Source of the DNA: the human T2T-CHM13v2.0 reference genome, Homo sapiens
Reading direction: 5' to 3' (one strand)
NCBI RefSeq assembly: GCF_009914755.1
Contig: NC_060934.1
Length of the DNA stretch: 64,000 nucleotides
The notes under the pieces were generated by a model. The model had not been told where the DNA came from, ran no database searches, and was given only the letters and a program-made list of their open reading frames with translations. Every line of letters starts with the position of its first letter. The stretch's first letter is position 1. Below, in pieces: positions 13,219 through 27,696 of the stretch. The translations under genes and the position numbers were made by a program.

Positions 13219-14209
13219 GTAATGGTAATAAAATAGGAAAGCCACTCAAATGTCATATGTTTGGGTTCTGGTATGGACAATTCAGTGAGTGTTCAGCAGT
13301 AGTGCAGAAATTAGGTTTTCCTTCTGTGCTACATTCAAAATGAAATTTAAATATATATGTAGCAGTTAGTTTGCTATAAACATTAAAAATGAAAAGCAGT
13401 ATTTACCTTAAGTGAGAATTCTTTAAAATATATTAAAAATGGTGCAGAATGGTCTGTGTCACTGTCTTATGCAAATAACATTATTCATGTGTTACTTAAA
13501 AAATTTTCAGATGAGTTTGCGGGACTGCATTTCTAAGTATTATTGCTTCATGACATAGTCTTGGATAAATAGATATACTATTTTCTATGTAATGAAGATG
13601 ATGAATGTGTTTGGTGCCATTTAAAGATAGTTATGAGAATAACGAATGTGGAGTGTTCTTTGAAACTAGATGATGAATATTATTGATGATTGTGTTGGTT
13701 CACAGATTTTTTATGATTATAAAAACAACTTCCTTTAAATAATTTTTATGATTAAACAACTTCCTCAATAGGAACTTTCTGTGTTTCCATTTTCAAACTA
13801 TTAGTCTAATTACTCAGAATAGACTATTGACCATGAAAATGCAGAAATTATAGATGACAATATGAAAGATAAGGATTTGTGCTTTGTGCTTTTAGAGATG
13901 CCTACAAGCATTTGATGTCAGAACAGAATTGCTGAGTAGACTTACCTGTTTTATCTTTCACCACCAAAAAAGAGGAAGAACGTTCCACAAAATCCTAGAA
14001 ACAGAAAAGCTGTCATAGATGTGTCAAAGAAATTAATTCATGGAGCTAAACTATATTACTTTAATTCCAGTGCAATCTGCAGTTTAGTCCTCCTTCTCTA
14101 TTTTTTTAATCCTTTGCATTGGAACATTTTCCTAAGTTTTTCGATGAATTTTTTTTTAAATAAAAGCCATGGCCTTTATAATGTGTCAGTGTTTAAAAAA
14201 GACATTTAA

Positions 14210-14520
<311 letters not shown>

Positions 14521-14952
14521 AGACATTTATTACATTTTCTCTGGTGGATGTATTTTCAGTTAATATGAATTACAATTTATTTAACAAATATCAAATCCCC
14601 TTTATAATCTTTTGATGGTTTTTGTCTTGTGGTTCTTGTCACCTTTTCCATCAGATTTATACCTGCAGTGAACCAGTTTCTTGTTTCTTTCTTTTAGGAT
14701 GGATGAGCATGTTCTTAATGTTTGAGTTTCAGCCTAACTCGATGTATTTATGTTGTTAGTGAACAGTTGACTCTTAATAAATCACTAAGAAATCAATGAT
14801 AATATTCACTGAGCATTGACAGGGAGAAAGATTGAAAACTTGGCCTGATTTCCTTGGCTGAAAATGATCTGTATCTCCTGATTGCTCTTGGAGTGCTATA
14901 TCCCCAGCTCTCTTTTTATGCTTATCTCAGTTTCTAATTTATTTTATAGTTA

Positions 14953-15330
<378 letters not shown>

Positions 15331-16559
15331 TTAGTTGTTGTATTCTTCCACAAAGCTGAGCATAGTCTCTTTAACCAGTAGGCCCTCAATGAATATTTGT
15401 TGAACAAGTAAATTTAGGTTCTCCGTATACCTTGCCTTTAGGCATTAATAATTAAAAATTGATTTTAACTCCCAATGCCATTTTAGTCCTAGGATTTAAA
15501 AACTTCATCAAAAATATTATCTAAAAATCTGGCTTTCCTGACACATGGCTATGTTTTTAGTTATCACATGTCCTTGTTTGTCTGGGACAGCCTCTATTTA
15601 CTTTTATTATCTTGGCCTAATTGTTATTCACAGCACATTTCACCTTCAGAAATGTCCTGTTTCAGACCACAGATTATATAGGTACCTTATATATGATGGT
15701 ATAGTCTTTCTGGTTAAAGAGCTCTTGCCAATTGGCCCTTGGTCCTTGTGGTAGGCCTTTGAGACATGCTTAGATCAAGTCTTAGCTATTTCCTAAATTG
15801 GGGAGTTGATAACACTCAGAAAAGATTTGAAATGTAGCTGTATCTGCACTACTTTCTTCAAAATGATCTATCTTAGTCCTCACATACACTTGACTACATC
15901 GTAGTTACTCATTCAGTTTTAATGGAATGAATCAATGGTGCTATCCTAGCCCTGTGCAATAAACAGTAACTAGGTTTAATTTTATGGCATTGCTTAATGT
16001 CATTATAAATTAAAGTTAGACATCTGCCATTTATCTCACATCTCACTTCAAAAGCAAAGACTATGCCAGTTAGGTTAAATAATTTCTTAAGGTATCTTGA
16101 CATCATACCACTTCAGGCCACGCTTACCTAAATGAAGAGGGGATTTTTGAGACCCTAAGGGGGCCAATAGATACGTGACAGCATTTTGGAAATGTATACT
16201 TTCAAAACCCACATTATTATTATTAGGCTGTTCACTATATTCTAGCAGACATTGGCTCTGGTGTGCTAGGTATTTATGGTAAATAAGATTTTTTTTTCTT
16301 TTTTTAAGGAAAAATTCTAACTCTTAAAGTCAACCTTAAAGTCAGAAGTGGTAATTTATTATTACTAATTAATTAGTGTTGGAAACATGTTTAAACTTAC
16401 AGACATACCTTGGATTTCTGTGGCATTATTGTGCAAAGCTTGGTGTATGTCTCAGGCAGATTCATGGAACACAGTCAAAACCTTTGTTCTCTAACCATGG
16501 AGTGTTGGCATGACATTTGGAGAGACTGTCAATAAAGGTATTTTCTGTTTCATTTTCAG

Positions 16560-16599
16560 GCATTTGACTATGAACAGAAGAAGCTATTAGCCACCAAAG
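16560..16599 (+). CDS. BICC1: BICC1 coding exon 16 (40 nt, phase 0-1)
   Basis: cattttcag|GCA...AAAG|gtatgt; AFDYEQKKLLATK; needed for phase continuity between exons 15 and 17. Confidence 0.95.
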
Positions 16600-16979
16600 G
16601 TATGTAATACACTAATAACTTACACTTGACTATATTTTAGTACACTCATAAATGTTTTTTGAGTACTCATGGTGAATCGAGAACTTGAAAACTCAGAAAA
16701 AGAAACCTAGAATATTTGGGTTCAAGTTGCATACATTCTGTTGAATATATTTTGTTGAATGGTTTAGCATTAGACCAATTAAGAAATCATTTAGCATTTT
16801 TTCATTTATCATTACTTGGATAAAATATTTCATTAAGATATTTTTAGACATTTTGTGTTAAGAAATAACATTCAGTGATAATTTCTTCACATATATCAAA
16901 GAAACGACACTTATCATCAGTATTTTATTGAAGAAATGCATTAAACATACCAAGCATTGGTTTTATTTTGTTTCCAAAG

Positions 16980-17134
16980 CTATGTTAAAGAAACCAGTGG
17001 TGACGGAGGTCAGAACGCCCACAAATACCTGGAGTGGCCTGGGTTTTTCTAAATCCATGCCAGCTGAAACTATCAAGGAGTTGAGAAGGGCCAATCATGT
17101 GTCCTATAAGCCCACAATGACAACCACTTATGAG
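16980..17134 (+). CDS. BICC1: BICC1 coding exon 17 (155 nt, phase 1-0)
   Basis: tttccaaag|CT...GAG|gtttgt; AMLKKPVVTEVRTPTNTWSGLGFSKSMP...TMTTTYE. Confidence 0.96.
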
Positions 17135-18693
17135 GTTTGTAGAGTCATGTCCTACTCATTCTTCCTGTCTGTTCTTTCAGCAAAAGAGGACAGTCCTTCC
17201 CCCACCCTCATTCTTTATGTACCTAAGGGAAAATGATTAGTGGTGACTTGTTTTTATTTCTATTCTTGTAAACACACTGTTATAAAACTGATGCACTCTT
17301 GTGTATTATGATCTTTTATCTGTATTCTCTCAAAGTTGTTGGTCAGCTCTTAAAGAGATGTAAATTTGGATGTGAGTTTTTGTTGAGTGTGGGATGTGTC
17401 ATAAATGATAAGCGTAGGGCTGAGATTAAGCAAAAGGGAGATGTAATATTTCATAAAAATGTCTAAAGAGTCCTATTATCCAAGGGTTTCACTAGCAAGG
17501 TCACGATGGGGGAAAAGGCAAATATTCAACAAAAATAGGTTTTCAGATATGAGTTAAAAATTCAGTGTGCTCAGATGTGCCAAGAACACAGCAAGAAGTA
17601 TCTGAAACAAGTGCTCCAAAATTTTTATGTTTCCCAGATGTTGGCTGCCCTGCTCAGGGTGAGACTGGGAAGCTGGCATTCCTACCATATGGAAGGGATG
17701 GAGAGTTCCATACTCCACAGCCAGGCTACACGCGATTCACCAAGCAGGCCTTTTCCATTTCAAAGTATCAGATTTTGGCTCTAAGCCTTTGGGAGTGGGG
17801 GTGGGTCTAGAGAGAGCATGCACACATACACAATGCTGGGAGACTGTACACACCCAAACATGGATGAAAATGATTAATCCAGGAGTCACAGTGTTCAACC
17901 AGAGAGAGCACTGTAGGCCAAAAAACAAACACTGGTTAAGGGTTTCATAATTGTTAGTCTAATAACTAGCATTTGTAGATTGACCTTTTCTCCACCCATT
18001 TGCTTTGTAATAAATTAGGCTATTGATGAAACACAAAAGCAAACATGCTGCTTTTTTTTTTTTTGTCTCTTTTGAGTAAGTGAAAAAGAAAATACTATTG
18101 AAATACTAAAAGAGTCTCCTGTGAATTTCATTGTGGGAGTTATAGTAGCAACCTGGCAGGCTGTGTTTTAAAGATTGAAGTTACCTTCAGCAGCAGAATG
18201 TAGGAACCATTATGAAAAATGTTGAGGCTCTAGGAGGTACACTCTTCTTTCTTCCATTATAACACAGAGAGAAAATAAACATCTCCTTTTGTTAACAGAG
18301 ACCATAAAACTGCTGTGCTCATTCTTAGAGTTTCACCTGATGTACGGTATGGCTATTCCTTTCAGCCCATCCTTGCTTTTGACGGAGTGAAGTGTGCCAG
18401 ATTGTTGACTGTGTTCCTATAGTTTCAAAGATGAAGTATTTGCTTTAGAAATGCTCATTCAGTTCTGCTTTCTAAGACCAACAGTAGGACAAGTTGAAAA
18501 TGATGTTCATTTCGGTAATGGAGTGGTCAAGTTCAGGGTTCTGATAACCACCTCTGACCAGATGTATAGCTTTGGTGAGGGACTTCACTCATCTGAGCTG
18601 TGTCTCATTCAGGTTGTGCTGAGAAGGGCATTGGAGAGGGCATCCAGTGATTAGCATGATGTGTTGTCAGTTCTTAGTGATATTTAAAAAAAA

Positions 18694-18992
<299 letters not shown>

Positions 18993-18998
18993 TAGTGA

Positions 18999-19296
<298 letters not shown>

Positions 19297-19299
19297 GTT

Positions 19300-19517
19300 C
19301 TTTTAAGTTTTTTACATTTTTTTCATTTTTAAATTTTAATCTATATACTTATTTATTTTGAGACCAGGTTATGAGACTGGCTAGTCTTTGTATTTTTGGT
19401 AGAGTCGTGGTTTCACCATGTCGCCAAGGCTGGTCTCAAACTGCTGAGCTCAAGCAATCCACCTGCCTCAGCCTCCCAAAGTGCTGGGATTACAGGAGTG
19501 AGCTACCACGCCTGGCC
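19300..19517 (-). mobile_element. Short AluJ-like element: left monomer plus vestigial right arm
   Basis: ttgagaccaggttatgagactggctag joined directly to linker and left monomer. Confidence 0.8.
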
Positions 19518-21544
19518 AGTTCTTACTGATATTGAGTGGCTATTATTATTTCCAGTGGAGGACTTACTTTATCCTGAAGAAAACCAAGGGCTTGCTGAAA
19601 GATGAGATTATGTTTATGAATGCTCACTGGTGGAAATATTTCTGCACACTCAAGCTAGTTATGCTTTTTTATATTCAAAGGAATATCTTAGGGTATTATG
19701 TGAACACATAAGAATTTAAGGTAATAGTAGTAATTATCTTAAATCATATTCATTTAGTTCACCCACAATTTTATTCAATCCCCACAAACTCCTAGTAAGG
19801 AAAGAGGGGCCCAGAATGGCTAAGTGTCTTACTCAAGGTTACTTATACTCCTCTTCCTAATGAGTTAACCCAAGAGAGTCCATAGCAAAGGGTGGTATGT
19901 AACTGATCTAGAGCCATGTTGCCATAGTTTTATGAACATAAGAATCACTCGGAGAGCTTAATAATCCAGACTCTTCTCCTAGGATCTCACTCAAAAGGTA
20001 GGGAGTGAGGACCAGGTATCTATTTGTGTTTTCAGCAAGAACCTAGTATAATTGTGATGCATGTGTCCCACAGGAAACTCTGCTGTAAAGGGATGTAACC
20101 CTATGGGGATAAGGGCAGGAATAGGCATAGGAGCCCAAAAGGCTCTTCTGCTCCAGCACTTGCCCAAGGACAGGTAGATCACAGATCACTTTCTGTGGGC
20201 AGAAATGTGCAGGGCCCCTGACACCATGGTTGAACTTCTTCCTATGGCTTTTCTTGCTTTGGCTATCTTGGGCTAGCCTGCCCCATCATCCTGGCTGGTG
20301 TTTAGCAGCACATTCACATTGAAATTTGGGAGGAAGGGTGGGTGAGACCTGCTAGATTCCAGCATGGACATTAACCATGTAATCTGCTTTTCTTCACTGC
20401 CTCTTTAAGTGCTACTAATGGAAAGATATGATCTTTTTTTTTTTCTTTTTTGTGAATGGTGTTCTAGATTCTCCCTGGTATATAAGTTAGACTTGAGCTT
20501 TTCCTCATGTATCCCAAATTCTTTGAAATGTAAGAAAGGGCCCCTCACATAGCATGGTCTGATTTTCTGCAGCAGTGGCTGTGTATGTCTTTTCCTTTAT
20601 TCTTCTATAGCTCAGAAGGATCAGAAATAGGGCATCCAGTGAGTATTGCCTCTATAGATTAGGAAGAGGGGAAGGGCCTGGGGAAAAGTAGAGAGGGAGA
20701 TTTTTATTAAAATAGAGACCACATCTATGCTTATGGCACTAATATTTTTAAGTTGGAGAGTAGCTAAAAACACCTTCCTTTTTCTTACTTTTTCATTTTT
20801 CAAAAGAAAAATAAAGCCAAATGAACAAGGAGAATGCCGATCTGTAAAAAGAGCAAGCATGTTTGACCAATAGGTCCTGACAGGTGAGGGCTGCTCACTC
20901 GGTGTGCCAGGGACCAAATGTTTCCTGCTGTAGCAACTTTGCTTGAGGCAAGAATCTGATACTTCAAACTCTGTATTCAATATTATTGAGAAGCTCAGCT
21001 TGAGCAGTTTTTTCCAGTTTTAGGGCAGCTTTGAGAAATTAATCTACTTCAAAGAGATCCCTTAGATAAGAAGCAGGCACTTTGAAGCTTTTTTTGTTTT
21101 CTCCAAGATTCTAAATTATGACCCTGTCCCCATATATTATATTGAGATACCAAAAGTCAAACAAAAGGCTGCTTTGACCTGCAGTAACTGTGTCACATCA
21201 ATAAAGCTACAAAGAGGTTTGGGATTTTCTTTTCCTTTTTGCCACCCATCTCTTAAAAGCATGAGTAATGGTCACATATTCTCGGAGCAAATAAAAACCT
21301 GCACTGAGAATCAAAGGTGGTTTTAAACTTCCCTAGCACTGATAGTAACGAGGTTGTCTGATTATTTTAAATCTTACAAATCTAGGAGTAGAAATATTAA
21401 AGATATTTTATCAAAGATATACAAATAATAAAGATACTTTGATTGGAAATCCAGTTTTTGGTCTCAGAAAACTTCATTTCCCTATACCCATTGCCAGAAG
21501 TTAGTGAAGGCGTCCCATAGTTGTAGGGAAAGGAGTCCTTGAGA

Positions 21545-22445
21545 TTAATTCAATAATTCCACAAATACTAAGCACCTTATGTGTTCCAGACACAATTTTA
21601 TACACTGGTAATACAGTGTTTGAATACAAGGTTCTTACTTTCTCAGATGGAGTTTTCTTGTGGGTAGAAGGAAACATAAAACAAACAAGAAGTCATTAGT
21701 AACAAGAGTCTCTGTTACATATGAAACAGAACCACTTTAGATTGGGTAGTCATAAAGCAGACCTTATGAGCAAATGACATTCAAGCTAAAACCTAGATGC
21801 CAAGAAAAGGCCATGAAGATCTGGGGAAAGAGTAGTAGGCCAAGGGAACAACTGGCACGATCACCCCAGAGTCAGAACCAGCCGGTGAGTTCCTGAAGCC
21901 GAGGTGGGTAGGGTGGGGGACCATCAGCATCAGAGAAGAGACTGGAGAGAGGCAGAGGCTGGATTATGGAGCCTGTCAGTTTATGGTAAGGCACAGTGGA
22001 AATACATCACAGGACTTTACACAGAGGCATATTTGTTTTAATTTGCATTTTAAGAAATCAGTCTTGTTGCTTCATGGAAAATGGATTGTAGGGAGATAAG
22101 CAACAAGAGTAGAATTAAAATGGCCCTTAGGGAGGCAGTTGGGACATTGTGGAGGTGCATAGAAGTGAGCAGACTTGGGGTATGTTTAGAGATGACACTG
22201 ATGAACTTGCTGAGGGATTGGCTGTGTTGAGGGAAGGAGGAACCAAGGATGACCCTTGGACTTTTGGCTGGAGCAGCTGGGTGAGTAGTAGAGTCACTAG
22301 CTGGGATATAGGAATTCTGAAAGAATAAGTTTGAGGATAGCTGATGGGGATGGGTAACAACAACTTGGTTTCAAGCACACTGAGTTTAAGATGCCTATCG
22401 GACAGGAAAATGGCAGTGTCCGACTGGCACCTCTGTGATTCTAAA

Positions 22446-22478
<33 letters not shown>

Positions 22479-23080
22479 GAGACAGAGTCTCACTCTGTTG
22501 CCCAGGCTGAAGTGCAGTGGCATGATCTTGCTCATTGCAACCTCCGCCTCCTGGGTTCAAGCAATTCTCCTGCCTCAGCCTCCTAAGTAGCTGGGATTAC
22601 AGGTACGCACCACCACACCCAGCTAATTTTTGTATTTTTAGTAGATATGGGGTTTCACCATGTTGGCCAGGCTGTTCTTAAACTCCTGACCTCAGGTGAT
22701 TCACCCACCTTGGCCTCCCAAAGTGCTGGAATTACAGGTGTGAGCCACTGCACCCGGCCTATGATTCTTAAATTTCAACAGAGAAATCAAATCTGGAGTT
22801 AGAAGTTTAGGAATCACTACTGTCATTACTTTTTGAAAGGACTTGAGATTACTTAAGAAAGTAGACAGAGGGAAGGGAAGAGATCCTAGGACCAGGTACA
22901 GGGTAATCTGACATTTTAGAATGTAAAATAGGAAGATCCTCCAAAGGACACAGTGAGGTAGGTGGAAAACTTGGGGCCTGGGGTGTCAGGATGCCCTAAA
23001 GAAAGAAATTTTTAAAGGAGGGCATAGTGAGCTGTCTTTATGCCATTGCAAGATTGAATTAAGTAAGTTTATTGAAGTGA
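21545..23080 (-). mobile_element. L2 LINE remnant (antisense), interrupted by an Alu
   Basis: L2 3' motif attcaataattccacaaatactaagcaccttatgtgttccagaca; purine-rich L2 body (gaacttgctgagggattgg, gagtttaagatgcct). Confidence 0.7.
22446..22759 (-). mobile_element. AluS-type SINE (antisense)
   Basis: reverse Alu; TSD tgattct(t)aaattt. Confidence 0.93.
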
Positions 23081-23811
23081 ACAGTAAAGGATTCTCTTGG
23101 AATTACCTAATGAACATAATATTTTGAAAGTCAGAGAATCTTGACTTTAATACTCTAGGTAATAGTAGGGTGTCTATAATATAGTGATTAAATAAATACA
23201 AAGATGAATAAATGCAAGTTCAGTGCAAATTTTAAATTATTTTTGTTTTTATTGTGGAGAATTTAAAGAGATAAATTACTCCAGGTATGTAATTTGTTAG
23301 AGAGATTGTATCCTTGTTTGTTTAGGGGAGGGTAACACAGGGGAAATGACAGCTCCCCTTCCAACCTCAGGCTCTATTAGCATTTTGAGAAGCCAGCTTT
23401 GCCACATCACCATTTCTCTTACTTGTGTAATACAAGGCAGAGAATCTTTGCTCTACCAGGTGGAAGATTTGCTTTTTGGTCTCCAAAATTGGAAGGAGTC
23501 TCAGCATCCACTCTTCCAAATTTTATAGAAGGGATTATTTATCCCGGAGGCTCTCAGAACTCTCCCTCAGAATCTACTCCCCATAATGAAAGAAAAAGAC
23601 TTCACTGTGCAAATTACCAAGTGTCCTTGGTGCTGCAGGGCAAAGGCTGTAGGCAGGTTCCACAGCCTTCCCGAGAGTCAACACTCATGAGTAACTGCGG
23701 TGGTTGGCAAGAGAAGTAAACGGCAGTGGTGTAATGTGGATTCTTTTCTCCTCCCACCCTGAAAAACCCACCTGATTAAATATTTCCTTATCTGGCTTTG
23801 TCTGTTTACAG

Positions 23812-23968
23812 GGCTCATCCATGTCCCTTTCACGGTCCAACAGTCGTGAGCACTTGGGAGGTGGAAGCGAATCTGATAACTGGAGAGACCGAAATGGAAT
23901 TGGACCTGGAAGTCATAGTGAATTTGCAGCTTCTATTGGCAGCCCTAAGCGTAAACAAAACAAATCAA
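23812..23968 (+). CDS. BICC1: BICC1 coding exon 18 (157 nt, phase 0-1)
   Basis: tgtttacag|GGC...TCAA|gtgagc; GSSMSLSRSNSREHLGGGSESDNWRDRNG...KRKQNKS. Confidence 0.97.
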
Positions 23969-24480
23969 GTGAGCTTTGTGTTTTATGCACACTTTTAGGT
24001 ATCCCCAGATTAGAATGTGTTTATTTGGGTTGGAGTATCACTGACTGTGGCCTCTCTGACTTCAAGTGCTTGGTGTAATTCACATGCCATCTCCTCTGTG
24101 AAGCCTCCTTGTTTCTCCCAGTGAAGCAGGCCACCTGGTTCTCTTTCCTCTCACTCCATTTTGTGCGTGCTTTCACTCTAGCACTTGCCATACCAAAGGG
24201 CAATTATTTATCTACCTATCTGTATCTCCTTGTGAAATTTGTGCTCCACAAACCAAAGACTGTATTTGTTCATTTTATAAACATTTATGAAGTGTCCATG
24301 TGTCAAGTATTCTGTTATGCTCTGCCTTATTGGATATTTCTTCCCAAACGCCTAGTGAACTGTCTGACACCTAGTAGGTAGGTGCTCAGTAAAAGTTTGT
24401 GAAATGAATGCATGAATGGGTAATGTACACACATGCATCCAGGTGGTGACAAAAAGACAAGGACATAAGAAAGTGGTTGA

Positions 24481-24787
24481 GGCCAGGCATGGCAGCTCTC
24501 ACCTGTAATCCCAGCACTTTGGGAGGTGAAGGTGAGTTGATAGCTTGAGCCCAGGGGTTTGAGACCAGTCTGGGCAACATAGTGAGATTTCATCTCTACT
24601 AAAAAAAAAAAAAAAAAAACAAGAGGCTGGGTGTGGTGGTATGCATGCGCCAATAGTCTTAGCCTACGTGGGAGACTGAGGTGGGAGGATCGCTTGAGCC
24701 CAGGAGTTTGAGGCTGCAGTGAGCTGTAATTGAACCACTGCACTACAGCCTGGGTGACAGAGCGAGACCCTGTCTCAAAAAAAAAAA
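24481..24787 (+). mobile_element. AluJ-type SINE
   Basis: full dimer; TSD aaagtggttga. Confidence 0.93.
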
Positions 24788-25699
24788 GTGGTTGAGAAAA
24801 ATGTGATTGAATTAGCATCTTAGACCATTGAAGAAAGACTGTCCAGCGGGTGGCTACTAAAGGTGAATAGCAGGGTTTGATTTTGTAAATAGACAAGATG
24901 TTGCTGAATTCGCATAAACAGGAAAAAATTAACTTATTACAGCATGGGGGTTCTGGCTTTTAGCAAATCTGGCTGAGACTCAGCATAAGCCCATTGTTTT
25001 ATCTACAACAGCACCCATACTCCTGGGCTGTATAAACAGATGAGAGCTGACATTGTCATCACAAGATATGCCCCAATGCCTTTTTTCAGGGTTTTGACAA
25101 ATTTGGAATCCTGAAACATGTAGAATATTTGAAGACTCCTTGAAGCTAGGCAATCTAGATGAGCATGGTAGACACTCAGTAACAGTCAGTTGTTACGTTA
25201 CTATCACTCATGTCAGCTGTATTATCAGGAGTCTCAGATTTGAAAGGAGTAATCAGGTTGTTGGCCAAGTCTAAATAAGAAAGCACGGACAACTATTTCA
25301 TTCCTAAGTACACTGTCAATAGTAGCCTGGAGACTTCCCATTAGTTACTGGCTGGACGCTCCACCACTGACAGTATGATCAAGATGAGAGTCAGGCTGAT
25401 GCCAGGCACAGATGGAGGGGTGTAAATGATGTCCAGTCTCTAGCCCAAGATACATTCATTTGGTGCTTCTCTTTTTCTATCTTTATCTCCTTTCCCTTCA
25501 TTTAACATTGGATAATTAAATTGACTGTACTACTCAGTTGAATAGAAGTTCAGGATTAAGATGGAGGATACATTAATAAAAAGGAATGATTAATGAAGCA
25601 CAGTTATTTGGGTTTTGTCACTTTTTTTAGGGTATAGGGAGTTTAAGAGAGACTATAGAAACTACAAGTAGTTAAGACCAAAAAAAAAAAATTTAAGTA

Positions 25700-25981
25700 A
25701 AAGTACGTTATAGGCTACTTTGAACATTTATCACTATGAACATTTTATTTTCAAACATTTGTTTTTAAAATTGTTAATAATTTAACATATGTAAGATTCC
25801 TTTTAAATATGTAATCAATATAAAAATTATTGGAGATAGCTTACATTCTTTCTTAGGTTGTACAAAGGCTTTAAAATCTGCAGTGTATTGTGTACTGACA
25901 GAGCATTTTCATTCCCACTAGGCTCATTTCAGGTGCTCAATAGCCATGTGTGGCCAATGGCTACTGTATTGAACAGCACAG
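25700..25981. mobile_element. MER33-like hAT-Charlie element
   Basis: end motif catttcaggtgctcaatagccatgtgtggccaatggctactgtattgaacagcacag. Confidence 0.7.
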
Positions 25982-26724
25982 TTTTAGATAATTTCTCTTA
26001 ACACCCTTGTCAAGGTCACCAATGTTTCCATTTTCCTGGGCATCCCTATTTATACCAGTTGCTGCAGCATAATTCTCAGTAACTCTTTTACTCTCGAAAA
26101 AAAAAGTAAATCTATCATTTGGACCATAAATTATATGGGCAGCCTTTCAGCCACTTTGATGTAGTCACATCCCACATCTGGTGGTCACTCACCCCAGTTT
26201 GCTTATCGCAGTCCACTTTGTGGCTTTGTGTCACCTTTGACCCGGTACCTCAATAGTCACTCCTCCTCAAACTGTTTTTATGACTTTGGGGCCTCTGCTT
26301 CACCTTTAAATGGTGGAGTGTCCCAGGACTCAGTATCTTGGGGTTTGGTTTTGGGTCCTTTCTCTACACATTCACCCCAAGAGATAAACAGCAGCTATCC
26401 TTAAGAGAAAAACCTTTTCAGGAAATGCCTTCTGTTTGAGAATCATAGAGGACATCTCAATTGGGAGATGAAAACAACTGGAGAAAGTGATCAATGACAC
26501 CCAAAACAGTGCAGAACAAGATTCCTAGATTTGGCAGACACATGGATCCCCAGAGTAGACTAGATGGATCTGATTGGCTTTGGTCAGTGTTGTCCTCCCT
26601 CACCTCTTTGGGGATCTCTCCTGAAGCCACATCCTTGGTGTAAGAAGACAGATTTCCCACACAGGCAAGAGCTCATTATTGGTCTGGGAGGTGGAATGCC
26701 TGCACTCTGCTGAAATCTCCAAGG

Positions 26725-26725
<1 letters not shown>

Positions 26726-26769
<44 letters not shown>
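26726..26769. repeat. (TG)22 microsatellite
   Basis: direct reading. Confidence 0.98.
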
Positions 26770-26770
<1 letters not shown>

Positions 26771-27535
26771 CTTACTTGGCTTGGTTCAATAGTCCGTCAC
26801 CAGCGCTTGCTTGTCACTGGGTCTGAGAGCCACAGACAGTTTGTTGAAACCTTTGCCCACCAAATCAGTTGCAGAACCAAGGAAAAGTTCAGCATTGCTG
26901 TCTTAAAAGTTTTCCCCAGAGACAGATTTATTTTTGTCCTAAATTAAATCCAGGAACCCCAGCATCATTCTTATCACTTTATACATTACTATTAATCTTG
27001 GAAGTGTGCTGTTTTGTGACCTTGCTACCCAGTTATATTTTTTAGGGAGCAGGATTTATGTGTTGCAATACCATACAATTCCTTTGACCAAAGGAAAGCA
27101 CAGGTGTAGATACAGAGAGCCACCCTGCCATCCAACGGAGCCTGGACTTGTAATAACTTTCCATACCTTTATTTTGTCCCAGGGATCCTTTTTACAGCTC
27201 CTCATTTAATTCACATCCAATCAATTTTAAACAACAAATGCTTCTGACTACTCAGGGAGAATATGATGAATGATTATTAACTACAGAGGCACTGTTGCTG
27301 AATTTCTGCCTCCCAAGTGTAACCTTTTAAATGTCAAGAGCCTCCCTGAAAGCAATAACCAGCATTTCCTTAATGGAAAGCCAATATTTCAGTAAAGGAT
27401 TGCTGTATTTCTACAGCTACTGCCCTATTCAGCTGAACAATGGAAGTTGAAATATTTAGGTGATTAAAACTTTTAATTAAACCATGTTCTCTCTGGGCAT
27501 TTACACTTCAAGCCTGTCTCTCCTTTGCCTTTCAG

Positions 27536-27696
27536 CGGAACACTATCTCAGCAGTAGCAATTACATGGACTGCATTTCCTCGCTGACAGGAAGCAATGGC
27601 TGTAACCTAAATAGCTCTTTCAAAGGTTCTGACCTCCCTGAGCTCTTCAGCAAACTGGGCCTGGGCAAATACACAGATGTTTTCCAGCAACAAGAG
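27536..27696 (+). CDS. BICC1: BICC1 coding exon 19 (161 nt, phase 1-0), start of SAM domain
   Basis: cctttcag|CG...GAG|gtcagt; TEHYLSSSNYMDCISS...SDLPELFSKLGLGKYTDVFQQQE. Confidence 0.97.

Noticed and set aside
23346-23719. Overlapping open frames just upstream of exon 18
   Set aside because: No good acceptor/donor pair in the required phase
24327-24896. Longest ORF (189 aa, minus strand) and similar ORFs at 14882, 14950, 42465, 46678, 59215
   Set aside because: Translations of Alu sequence, no independent gene structure
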